This document shows positions 1 through 13,189 of a DNA stretch of 64,000 nucleotides, in pieces. The stretch is from Auanema rhodensis (lineage: Eukaryota > Animalia > Nematoda). Position 1 is the first letter of the stretch; the number at the start of each line of letters is the position of its first letter. The stretch spans positions 248,001-312,000 of the forward strand of contig OZ059900.1 of NCBI GenBank assembly GCA_964057225.1. Direction: 5' to 3'. Both the position numbers and the translations under genes were made by a program. The notes under the pieces were generated by a model. It was given only the letters and a program-made list of their open reading frames with translations, did no database searches and was not told the origin of the DNA.

Positions 1-347
1 TATTTTCGACCTTTTTTGATCAAAATGAATATATATCAGTGCAAGCTCATAAAAATAGACTGATTTCGTGTATTGTATGTTTGATTGTCAAATCTTAACG
101 AATATGATCAAAATTTACGAGTATTACAGATTTTGTACCAAAAATCGGTGAGTATATGGTGTTAAAGGCATAAAAACGACCATACTTAGTGTAGTTATGC
201 TATTTGAGCGAAATTCAGTATTTAAACATCACTAGCGTTTAATTGATGACTTTTGTTGTTATAGACAATAAAACTATGCTTTTGATCATATATATGAGCG
301 ATTTAGCCAAATTGGACTCAAAACTCGGACATTTCCAAAATTCTTTC
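1..347 (+). repeat. Representative 347-bp monomer with dyads TTTTGATCAAAA (14-25), GATTTT-GTACCA-AAAATC (129-146), TCATATATATGA (286-297) and a 12-bp inverted repeat (102-113 / 280-291)
   Basis: Read directly from the sequence. There are three TGATCA (BclI) sites at 17, 105 and 283, and many A/T tracts of 4-6 nt. Confidence 0.95.
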
Positions 348-3300
348 TATTTTCGACCTTTTTTGATCAAAATGAATATATATCAGTGCAAACTCATAAA
401 AATAGACTGATTTTGTGTATTGTGTGTTTGATTCTCAAATCTTAACAAATATGATCAAAATTTACAAGTATTAAAGATTTTGTACCAAAAATCGGTGAGT
501 ATATGGTGTTAAAGGCATAAAAACGACCATACTTAGTGTAGTAATGCTATTTGAGCGAAATTCAGTATTAAAACATCACTAGCGTTTAATTGATGACTTT
601 TGTTGTTATAGACAATAAAACTATGCTTTTGATCATATATATGAGCGATTTAGCCAAATTGGACTCAAAACTCGGACATTTCCAAAATTCTTTCTATTTT
701 CGACCTTTTTTGATCAAAATGAATATATATCAGTGCAAGCTCATAAAAATAGACTGATTTCGTGTATTGTATGTTTGATTCTCGAATCTTAACGAATATG
801 ATCAAAATTTACGAGTATTACAGATTTTGTACCAAAAATCGGTGAGTATATGGTGTTAAAGGCATAAAAACGACCATACTTAGTGTAGTAATGCTATTTG
901 AGCGAAATTCAGTATTTAAACATCACTAGCGTTTAATTGATGACTTTTGTTGCTATAGACAATAAAACTATGCTTTTGATCATATATATGAGCGATTTAG
1001 CCAAATTGGACTCAAAACTCGGAAATTTCAAAAATTCTTTCTATTTTCGACCTTTTTTGATCAAAATGAATATATATCAGTGCAAGCTCATAAAAATAGA
1101 CTGATTTTGTGTATTGTGTGTTTGATTCTCAAATCTTAACGAATATGATCAAAATTTACGAGTATTACAGATTTTGTACCAAAAATCGGTGAGTATATGG
1201 TGTTAAAGGCATAAAAACGACCATACTTAGTGTAGTAATGCTATTTGAGCGAAATTCAGTATTTAAACATCACTAGCGTTTAATTGATGACTTTTGTTGT
1301 TATAGACAATAAAACTATGCTTTTGATCATATATATGAGCGATTTAGCCAAATTGGACTCAAAACTCGGACATTTCCAAAATTCTTTCTATTTTCGACCT
1401 TTTTTGATCAAAATGAATATATATCAGTGCAAGCTCATAAAAATAGACTGATTTCGTGTATTGTATGTTTGATTCTCGAATCTTAACGAATATGATCAAA
1501 ATTTACGAGTATTACAGATTTTGTACCAAAAATCGGTGAGTATATGGTGTTAAAGGCATAAAAACGACCATACTTAGTGTAGTAATGCTATTTGAGCGAA
1601 ATTCAGTATTTAAACATCACTAGCGTTTAATTGATGACTTTTGTTGCTATAGACAATAAAACTATGCTCTTGATTATATATATGAGCGATTCAGCCAAAT
1701 TGGACTCAAAACTCGGAAATTTCAAAAATTCTTTCTATTTTCGACCTTTTTTGATCAAAATGAATATATATCAGTGCAAGCTCATAAAAATAGACTGATT
1801 TTGTGTATTGTGTGTTTGATTCTCAAATCTTAACGAATATGATCAAAATTTACGAGTATTACAGATTTTGTACCAAAAATCGGTGAGTATATGGTGTTAA
1901 AGGCATAAAAACGACCATACTTAGTGTAGTAATGCTATTTGAGCGAAATTCAGTATTAAAACATCACTAGCGTTTAATTGATGACTTTTGTTGTTATAGA
2001 CAGTAAAACTATGCTTTTGATCATATATATGAGCGATTTAGCCAAATTGGACTCAAAACTCGGAAATTTCAAAAATTCTTTCTATTTTCGACCTTTTTTG
2101 ATCAAAATGAATATATATCAGTGCAAGCTCATAAAAATAGACTGATTTTGTGTATTGTGTGTTTGATTCTCAAATCTTAACAAATATGATCAAAATTTAC
2201 GAGTATTACAGATTTTGTACCAAAAATCGGTGAGTATATGGTGTTAAAGGCATAAAAACGACCATACTTAGTGTAGTAATGCTATTTGAGCGAAAATCAG
2301 TATTTAAACATCACTAGCGTTTAATTGATGACTTTTGTTGTCATAGACAACAAAACTATGCTTCTGATCATATATATGAGCGATTTAGCCAAATTAGACT
2401 CAAAACTCGGAAATTTCAAAAATTCTTTCTATTTTCGACCTTTTTTGATCAAAATGAATATATATCAGTGCAAGCTCATAAAAATAGACTGATTTCGTGT
2501 ATTGTATGTTTGATTCTCAAGTCTTAACGAATATGATCAAAATTTACGAGTATTACAGATTTTGTACCAAAAATCGGTGAGTATATGGTGTTAAAGGCAT
2601 AAAAACGACCATACTTAGTGTAGTTATGCTATTTGAGCGAAATTCAGTATTTAAACATCACTAGCGTTTAATTGATGACTTTTGTTGTTATAGACAATAA
2701 AACTATGCTTTTGATCATATATATGAGCGATTTAGCCAAATTAGACTCAAAACTCGTAAATTTCAAAAATGCTTTCTATTTTCGACCTTTTTTGATCAAA
2801 ATGAATAAATATCAGTGCAAACTTGTAAAAATGAACTTAATTCGTGTATTGTGTGTTTGATTCTTGAATCTTAACGAATATGATCAAAATTTACGAGTAT
2901 CACAGATTTTGTACCAAAAATCGGTGAGTATATGGTGTTAAAGGCATAAAAACGACCATCCTTAGTGTAGTAATGCTATTTGAGCGAAATTCAGTATTAA
3001 AACATCACTAGCGTTTAATTGATGACTTTTGTTGTTATAGACAATAAAACTATGCTTTTGATCATATATATGAGCGATTTAGCCAAATTGGACTCAAAAC
3101 TCGGAAATTTCAAAAATTCTTTCTATTTTCGATCTTTTTTGATCAAAATGAATAAATATCAGTGCAAACTTGTAAAAATAGACTTATTTCGTGTATTATG
3201 TGTTTGATTCTTGAATCTTAACGAATATGATCAAAATTTACAAGTATTACAGATTTTGTACCAAAAATCGGTGAGTATATGGTGTTAAAGGCATAAAAAC

Positions 3301-6300
3301 GACCATACTTAGTGTAGTAATGCTATTTGAGCGAAAATCAGTATTTAAACATCACTAGCGTTTAATTAATGACTTTTGTTGTTATAGACAATAAAACTAT
3401 GCTTCTGATCATATATATGAGCGATTTAGCCAAATTAGACTCAAAACTCGTAAATTTCAAAAATTCTTTCTATTTTCGACCTTTTTTGATCAAAATGAAT
3501 AAATATCAGTGCAAACTTGTAAAAATGAACTTAATTCGTGTATTGTGTGTTTGATTCTTGAATCTTAACGAATATGATCAAAATTTACGAGTATCACAGA
3601 TTTTGTACCAAAAATCGGTGAGTATATGGTGTTAAAGGCATAAAAACGACCATCCTTAGTGTAGTAATGCTATTTGAGCGAAATTCAGTATTAAAACATC
3701 ACTAGCGTTTAATTGATGACTTTTGTTGTTATAGACAATAAAACTATGCTTTTGATCATATATATGAGCGATTTAGCCAAATTGGACTCAAAACTCGGAA
3801 ATTTCAAAAATTCTTTCTATTTTCGACCTTTTTTGATCAAAATGAATATATATCAGTGCAAGCTCATAAAAATAGACTGATTTTGTGTATTGTGTGTTTG
3901 ATTCTCAAATCTTAACAAATATGATCAAAATTTACGAGTATTACAGATTTTGTACCAAAAATCGGTGAGTATATGGTGTTAAAGGCATAAAAACGACCAT
4001 ACTTAGTGTAGTAATGCTATTTGAGCGAAAATCAGTATTTAAACATCACTAGCGTTTAATTGATGACTTTTGTTGTCATAGACAACAAAACTATGCTTCT
4101 GATCATATATATGAGCGATTTAGCCAAATTAGACTCAAAACTCGGAAATTTCAAAAATTCTTTCTATTTTCGACCTTTTTTGATCAAAATGAATATATAT
4201 CAGTGCAAGCTCATAAAAATAGACTGATTTCGTGTATTGTATGTTTGATTCTCAAATCTTAACGAATATGATCAAAATTTACGAGTATTACAGATTTTGT
4301 ACCAAAAATCGGTGAGTATATGGTGTTAAAGGCATAAAAACGACCATACTTAGTGTAGTTATGCTATTTGAGCGAAATTCAGTATTTAAACATCACTAGC
4401 GTTTAATTGATGACTTTTGTTGTTATAGACAATAAAACTATGCTTTTGATCATATATATGAGCGATTTAGCCAAATTGGACTCAAAACTCGGACATTTCC
4501 AAAATTCTTTCTATTTTCGACCTTTTTTGATCAAAATGAATATATATCAGTGCAAACTCATAAAAATAGACTGATTTTGTGTATTGTGTGTTTGATTCTC
4601 AAATCTTAACAAATATGATCAAAATTTACAAGTATTAAAGATTTTGTACCAAAAATCGGTGAGTATATGGTGTTAAAGGCATAAAAACGACCATACTTAG
4701 TGTAGTAATGCTATTTGAGCGAAATTCAGTATTAAAACATCACTAGCGTTTAATTGATGACTTTTGTTGTTATAGACAATAAAACTATGCTTTTGATCAT
4801 ATATATGAGCGATTTAGCCAAATTGGACTCAAAACTCGGACATTTCCAAAATTCTTTCTATTTTCGACCTTTTTTGATCAAAATGAATATATATCAGTGC
4901 AAGCTCATAAAAATAGACTGATTTCGTGTATTGTATGTTTGATTCTCGAATCTTAACGAATATGATCAAAATTTACGAGTATTACAGATTTTGTACCAAA
5001 AATCGGTGAGTATATGGTGTTAAAGGCATAAAAACGACCATACTTAGTGTAGTAATGCTATTTGAGCGAAATTCAGTATTTAAACATCACTAGCGTTTAA
5101 TTGATGACTTTTGTTGCTATAGACAATAAAACTATGCTTTTGATCATATATATGAGCGATTTAGCCAAATTGGACTCAAAACTCGGAAATTTCAAAAATT
5201 CTTTCTATTTTCGACCTTTTTTGATCAAAATGAATATACATATATCAGTGCAAGCTCATAAAAATAGACTGATTTTGTGTATTGTGTGTTTGATTCTCAA
5301 ATCTTAACGAATATGATCAAAATTTACGAGTATTACAGATTTTGTACCAAAAATCGGTGAGTATATGGTGTTAAAGGCATAAAAACGACCATACTTAGTG
5401 TAGTAATGCTATTTGAGCGAAATTCAGTATTTAAACATCACTAGCGTTTAATTGATGACTTTTGTTGTTATAGACAATAAAACTATGCTTTTGATCATAT
5501 ATATGAGCGATTTAGCCAAATTGGACTCAAAACTCGGACATTTCCAAAATTCTTTCTATTTTCGACCTTTTTTGATCAAAATGAATATATATCAGTGCAA
5601 GCTCATAAAAATAGACTGATTTCGTGTATTGTATGTTTGATTCTCGAATCTTAACGAATATGATCAAAATTTACGAGTATTACAGATTTTGTACCAAAAA
5701 TCGGTGAGTATATGGTGTTAAAGGCATAAAAACGACCATACTTAGTGTAGTAATGCTATTTGAGCGAAATTCAGTATTTAAACATCACTAGCGTTTAATT
5801 GATGACTTTTGTTGCTATAGACAATAAAACTATGCTTTTGATTATATATATGAGCGATTCAGCCAAATTGGACTCAAAACTCGGAAATTTCAAAAATTCT
5901 TTCTATTTTCGACCTTTTTTGATCAAAATGAATATATATCAGTGCAAGCTCATAAAAATAGACTGATTTTGTGTATTGTGTGTTTGATTCTCAAATCTTA
6001 ACGAATATGATCAAAATTTACGAGTATTACAGATTTTGTACCAAAAATCGGTGAGTATATGGTGTTAAAGGCATAAAAACGACCATACTTAGTGTAGTAA
6101 TGCTATTTGAGCGAAATTCAGTATTAAAACATCACTAGCGTTTAATTGATGACTTTTGTTGTTATAGACAATAAAACTATGCTTTTGATCATATATATGA
6201 GCGATTTAGCCAAATTGGACTCAAAACTCGGAAATTTCAAAAATTCTTTCTATTTTCGACCTTTTTTGATCAAAATGAATATATATCAGTGCAAGCTCAT

Positions 6301-6908
6301 AAAAATAGACTGATTTTGTGTATTGTGTGTTTGATTCTCAAATCTTAACAAATATGATCAAAATTTACGAGTATTACAGATTTTGTACCAAAAATCGGTG
6401 AGTATATGGTGTTAAAGGCATAAAAACGACCATACTTAGTGTAGTAATGCTATTTGAGCGAAAATCAGTATTTAAACATCACTAGCGTTTAATTGATGAC
6501 TTTTGTTGTCATAGACAACAAAACTATGCTTCTGATCATATATATGAGCGATTTAGCCAAATTAGACTCAAAACTCGGAAATTTCAAAAATTCTTTCTAT
6601 TTTCGACCTTTTTTGATCAAAATGAATATATATCAGTGCAAGCTCATAAAAATAGACTGATTTCGTGTATTGTATGTTTGATTCTCAAGTCTTAACGAAT
6701 ATGATCAAAATTTACGAGTATTACAGATTTTGTACCAAAAATCGGTGAGTATATGGTGTTAAAGGCATAAAAACGACCATACTTAGTGTAGTTATGCTAT
6801 TTGAGCGAAATTCAGTATTTAAACATCACTAGCGTTTAATTGATGACTTTTGTTGTTATAGACAATAAAACTATGCTTTTGATCATATATATGAGCGATT
6901 TAGCCAAA
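1..6908 (+). repeat. Block repeated at a 12-monomer offset (1-~2740 repeated at 4165-~6908)
   Basis: Rare variants recur at offset 4164, or 4168 after the 4-bp insertion near 5239: GATTCAGCC (~1688 / ~5856) and CAAGTCTT (2521 / 6689). Confidence 0.85.
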
Positions 6909-8545
6909 TTGGACTCAAAACTCGGACATTTCCAAAATTCTTTCTATTTTCGACCTTTTTTGATCAAAATGAATATATATCAGTGCAAACTCATAAAAAT
7001 AGACTGATTTTGTGTATTGTGTGTTTGATTCTCAAATCTTAACAAATATGATCAAAATTTACAAGTATTAAAGATTTTGTACCAAAAATCGGTGAGTATA
7101 TGGTGTTAAAGGCATAAAAACGACCATACTTAGTGTAGTAATGCTATTTGAGCGAAATTCAGTATTAAAACATCACTAGCGTTTAATTGATGACTTTTGT
7201 TGTTATAGACAATAAAACTATGCTTTTGATCATATATATGAGCGATTTAGCCAAATTGGACTCAAAACTTGGAAATTTCAAAAATTCTTTCTATTTTCGA
7301 CCTTTTTTGATCAAAATGAATATATATCAGTGCAAGCTCATAAAAATAGACTGATTTTGTGTATTGTGTGTTTGATTCTCAAATCTTAACGAATTTGATC
7401 AAAATTTACGAGTATTACAGATTTTGTACCAAAAATCGGTGAGTATATGGTGTTAAAGGCATAAAAACGACCATACTTAGTGTAGTAATGCTATTTGAGC
7501 GAAATTCAGTATTTAAACATCACTAGCGTTTAATTGATGACTTTTGTTGTTATAGACAATAAAACTATGCTTTTGATCATATATATGAGCGATTTAGCCA
7601 AATTGGACTCAAAACTCGGAAATTTCAAAAATTCTTTCTATTTTCGATCTTTTTTGATCAAAATGAATAAATATCAGTGCAAACTTGTAAAAATAGACTT
7701 ATTTCGTGTATTATGTGTTTGATTCTTGAATCTTAACGAATATGATCAAAATTTACAAGTATTACAGATTTTGTACCAAAAATCGGTGAGTATATGGTGT
7801 TAAAGGCATAAAAACGACCATACTTAGTGTAGTAATGCTATTTGAGCGAAAATCAGTATTTAAACATCACTAGCGTTTAATTAATGACTTTTGTTGTTAT
7901 AGACAATAAAACTATGCTTCTGATCATATATATGAGCGATTTAGCCAAATTAGACTCAAAACTCGTAAATTTCAAAAATTCTTTCTATTTTCGACCTTTT
8001 TTGATCAAAATGAATAAATATCAGTGCAAACTTGTAAAAATGAACTTAATTCGTGTATTGTGTGTTTGATTCTTGAATCTTAACGAATATGATCAAAATT
8101 TACGAGTATCACAGATTTTGTACCAAAAATCGGTGAGTATATGGTGTTAAAGGCATAAAAACGACCATCCTTAGTGTAGTAATGCTATTTGAGCGAAATT
8201 CAGTATTAAAACATCACTAGCGTTTAATTGATGACTTTTGTTGTTATAGACAATAAAACTATGCTTTTGATCATATATATGAGCGATTTAGCCAAATTGG
8301 ACTCAAAACTCGGAAATTTCAAAAATTCTTTCTATTTTCGACCTTTTTTGATCAAAATGAATATATATCAGTGCAAGCTCATAAAAATAGACTGATTTTG
8401 TGTATTGTGTGTTTGATTCTCAAATCTTAACAAATATGATCAAAATTTACGAGTATTACAGATTTTGTACCAAAAATCGGTGAGTATATGGTGTTAAAGG
8501 CATAAAAACGACCATACTTAGTGTAGTAATGCTATTTGAGCGAAA
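2772..8545 (+). repeat. First copy of a ~5.8-kb block duplicated at a 30-monomer offset
   Basis: ORF pairs 3019/3369 and 7534/7884 recur at 13437/13787 (offset 10418) and 17948/18298 (offset 10414), and the SNP order in between matches. Confidence 0.85.
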
Positions 8546-10309
8546 TTCAGTATTTAAACATCACTAGCGTTTAATTGATGACTTTTGTTGTTATAGACAA
8601 TAAAACTATGCTTTTGATCATATATATGAGCGATTTAGCCAAATTGGACTCAAAACTCGGAAATTTCAAAAATTCTTTCTATTTTCGATCTTTTTTGATC
8701 AAAATGAATAAATATCAGTGCAAACTTGTAAAAATAGACTTATTTCGTGTATTATGTGTTTGATTCTTGAATCTTAACGAATATGATCAAAATTTACAAG
8801 TATTACAGATTTTGTACCAAAAATCGGTGAGTATATGGTGTTAAAGGCATAAAAACGACCATACTTAGTGTAGTAATGCTATTTGAGCGAAAATCAGTAT
8901 TTAAACATCACTAGCGTTTAATTAATGACTTTTGTTGTTATAGACAATAAAACTATGCTCTTGATCATATATATGAGCGATTTAGCCAAATTGGACTCAA
9001 AACTCGGACATTTCCAAAATTCTTTCTATTTTCGACCTTTTTTGATCAAAATGAATATATATCAGTGCAAGCTCATAAAAGTAGACTGATTTTGTGTATT
9101 GTATGTTTGATTCTCAAATCTTAACGAATATGATCAAAATTTACGAGTGTTACAGATTTTGTACCAAAAATCGGTGAGTATATGGTGTTAAAGGCATAAA
9201 AACGACCATACTTAGTGTAGTAATGCTATTTGAGCGAAATTCAGTATTAAAACATCACTAGCGTTTAATTGAAGACTTTTGTTGTTATAGACAATAGAAC
9301 TATGCTTTTGATCATATATATGAGCGATTTAGCCAAATTGGACTCAAAACTCGGAAATTTCAAAAATTCTTTCTATTTTCGACCTTTTTTGATCAAAATG
9401 AATAAATATCAGTGCAAACTTGTAAAAATAGACTTATTTCGTGTATTATGTGTTTGATTCTCGAATCTTAACGAATATGATCGAAATTTACAAGTATTAC
9501 AGATTTTGTACCAAAAATCGGTGAGTATATGGTGTTAAAGGCATAAAAACGACCATCCTTAGTGTAGTAATGCTATTTGAGCGAAATTCAGTATTAAAAC
9601 ATCACTAGCGTTTAATTGATGACTTTTGTTGTTATAGACAATAAAACTATGCTTTTGATCATATATATGAGCGATTTAGCCAAATTGGACTCAAAACTCG
9701 GAAATTTCAAAAATTCTTTCTATTTTCGATCTTTTTTGATCAAAATGAATAAATATCAGTGCAAACTTGTAAAAATAGACTTATTTCGTGTATTATGTGT
9801 TTGATTCTTGAATCTTAACGAATATGATCAAAATTTACGAGTATCACAGATTTTGTACCAAAAATCGGTGAGTATATGGTGTTGAAGGCATAAAAACGAC
9901 CATACTTAGTGTAGTAATGCTATTTGAGCGAAAATCAGTATTTAAACATCACTAGCGTTTAATTAATGACTTTTGTTGTTATAGACAATAAAACTATGCT
10001 TCTGATCATATATATGAGCGATTTAGCCAAATTAGACTCAAAACTCGTAAATTTCAAAAATTCTTTCTATTTTCGACCTTTTTTGATCAAAATGAATAAA
10101 TATCAGTGCAAACTTGTAAAAATGAACTTAATTCGTGTATTGTGTGTTTGATTCTTGAATCTTAACGAATATGATCAAAATTTACGAGTATCACAGATTT
10201 TGTACCAAAAATCGGTGAGTATATGGTGTTAAAGGCATAAAAACGACCATCCTTAGTGTAGTAATGCTATTTGAGCGAAATTCAGTATTAAAACATCACT
10301 AGCGTTTAA

Positions 10310-12400
10310 TTGATGACTTTTGTTGTTATAGACAATAAAACTATGCTTTTGATCATATATATGAGCGATTTAGCCAAATTGGACTCAAAACTCGGACATT
10401 TCCAAAATTCTTTCTATTTTCGACCTTTTTTGATCAAAATGAATAAATATCAGTGCAAACTCATAAAAATAGACTTATTTCGTGTATTATGTGTTTGATT
10501 CTCGAATCTTAACGAATATGATCAAAATTTACAAGTATTACAGATTTTGTACCAAAAATCGGTGAGTATATGGTGTTAAAGGCATAAAAACGACCATACT
10601 TAGTGTAGTAATGCTATTTGAGCGAAATTTAGTGATTTAAACATTATTAGTGTTTAATTAATGACTTTTGTTGTCATAGACAATAAAACTATGCTTCTGA
10701 TCATATATATGAGCGATTTAGCCAAATTAGACTCAAAACTCGTAAATTTCAAAAATTCTTTCTATTTTCGACCTTTTTTGATCAAAATGAATATATATCA
10801 GTGCAAGCTCATAAAAGTAGACTGATTTTGTGTATTGTATGTTTGATTCTCAAATCTTAACGAATATGATCAAAATTTACGAGTGTTACAGATTTTGTAC
10901 CAAAAATCGGTGAGTATATGGTGTTAAAGGCATAAAAACGACCATACTTAGTGTAGTAATGCTATTTGAGCGAAATTCAGTATTAAAACATCACTAGCGT
11001 TTAATTGAAGACTTTTGTTGTTATAGACAACAGAACTATGCTTTTGATCATATATATGAGCGATTTAGCCAAATTGGACTCAAAACTCGGAAATTTCAAA
11101 AATTCTTTCTATTTTCGACCTTTTTTGATCAAAATGAATAAATATCAGTGCAAACTTGTAAAAATAGACTTATTTCGTGTATTATGTGTTTGATTCTCGA
11201 ATCTTAACGAATATGATCAAAATTTACAAGTATTACAGATTTTGTACCAAAAATCGGTGAGTATATGGTGTTAAAGGCATAAAAACGACCATACTTAGTG
11301 TAGTAATGCTATTTGAGCGAAATTTAGTGATTTAAACATTATTAGTGTTTAATTAATGACTTTTGTTGTCATAGACAATAAAACTATGCTTCTGATCATA
11401 TATATGAGCGATTTAGCCAAATTAGACTCAAAACTCGTAAATTTCAAAAATTCTTTCTATTTTCGACCTTTTTTGATCAAAATGAATATATATCAGTGCA
11501 AGCTCATAAAAGTAGACTGATTTTGTGTATTGTATGTTTGATTCTCAAATCTTAACGAATATGATCAAAATTTACGAGTGTTACAGATTTTGTACCAAAA
11601 ATCGGTGAGTATATGGTGTTAAAGGCATAAAAACGACCATACTTAGTGTAGTAATGCTATTTGAGCGAAATTCAGTATTAAAACATCACTAGCGTTTAAT
11701 TGAAGACTTTTGTTGTTATAGACAACAGAACTATGCTTTTGATCATATATATGAGCGATTTAGCCAAATTGGACTCAAAACTCGGAAATTTCAAAAATTC
11801 TTTCTATTTTCGACCTTTTTTGATCAAAATGAATAAATATCAGTGCAAACTTGTAAAAATAGACTTATTTCGTGTATTATGTGTTTGATTCTCGAATCTT
11901 AACGAATATGATCAAAATTTACAAGTATTACAGATTTTGTACCAAAAATCGGTGAGTATATGGTGTTAAAGGCATAAAAACGACCATACTTAGTGTAGTA
12001 ATGCTATTTGAGCGAAATTTAGTGATTTAAACATTATTAGTGTTTAATTAATGACTTTTGTTGTCATAGACAATAAAACTATGCTTCTGATCATATATAT
12101 GAGCGATTTAGCCAAATTAGACTCAAAACTCGTAAATTTCAAAAATTCTTTCTATTTTCGACCTTTTTTGATCAAAATGAATATATATCAGTGCAAGCTC
12201 ATAAAAATAGACTGATTTTGTGTATTGTATGTTTGATTCTCAATTCTTAACGAATATGATCAAAATTTACGAGTATTACAGATTTTGTACCAAAAATCGG
12301 TGAGTATATGGTGTTAAAGGCATAAAAACGACCATACTTAGTGTAGTAATGCTATTTGAGCGAAATTCAGTATTAAAACATCACTAGCGTTTAATTGAAG
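10310..12400 (+). repeat. 695-bp dimeric higher-order repeat (347 + 348-bp monomers), ~3 copies
   Basis: The 348-bp variant AAATTTAGTGATTTAAACATTATTAGTG occurs at ~10625, ~11320 and ~12015. ORFs at 10310, 11005 and 11700 are 695 bp apart. Confidence 0.9.
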
Positions 12401-13189
12401 ACTTTTGTTGTTATAGACAATAGAACTATGCTTTTGATCATATATATGAGCGATTTAGCCAAATTGGACTCAAAACTCGGAAATTTCAAAAATTCTTTCT
12501 AATTTCGACCTTTTTTGATCAAAATGAATAAATATCAGTGCAAACTTGTAAAAATAGACTTATTTCGTGTATTATGTGTTTGATTCTCGAATCTTAACGA
12601 ATATGATCGAAATTTACAAGTATTACAGATTTTGTACCAAAAATCGGTGAGTATATGGTGTTAAAGGCATAAAAACGACCATACTTAGTGTAGTAATGCT
12701 ATTTGAGTGAAATTCAGTGATTTAATCATTACTAGTGTATATTTGAAGACTTTTGTTATCATAGACAGTAAAACTATGCTTTTGATCATATATATGAGCG
12801 ATTTAGCCCAATTGGACTCAAAACTCGGAAAATTCAAAAATTCTTTCTATTTTCGACCTTTTTTGATCAAAATGAATAAATATCAGTGCAAACTCGTGAA
12901 AATAAACTCATTTCGTGTATTGTGTGTTTGATTCTCGAATCTTAACGAATATGATCAAAATTTACGAGTATCACAGATTTTGTACCAAAAATCGGTGAGT
13001 ATATGGTGTTGAAGGTATAAAAACGACCATACTTAGTGTAGTAATGCTATTTGAGCGAAAATCAGTATTTAAACATCACTAGCGTTTAATTGATGACTTT
13101 TGTTGTCATAGACAACAAAACTATGCTTCTGATCATATATATGAGCGATTTAGCCAAATTAGACTCAAAACTCGGAAATTTCAAAAATT

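Noticed and set aside
1-347. 5S rDNA, tRNA or snRNA tandem unit
   Set aside because: I recognise no 5S, tRNA or snRNA motifs or Pol III boxes, and the unit is uniformly about 30% GC with no GC-richer gene portion.
1-347. CENP-B box, telomeric repeats, or identity with a named satellite (Drosophila 359-bp 1.688, Tribolium TCAST1)
   Set aside because: There is no TTCG-N4-A-N2-CGGG match and no telomere tract. Similar monomer length alone does not identify a family; BLAST or Dfam/Repbase searches would be needed.
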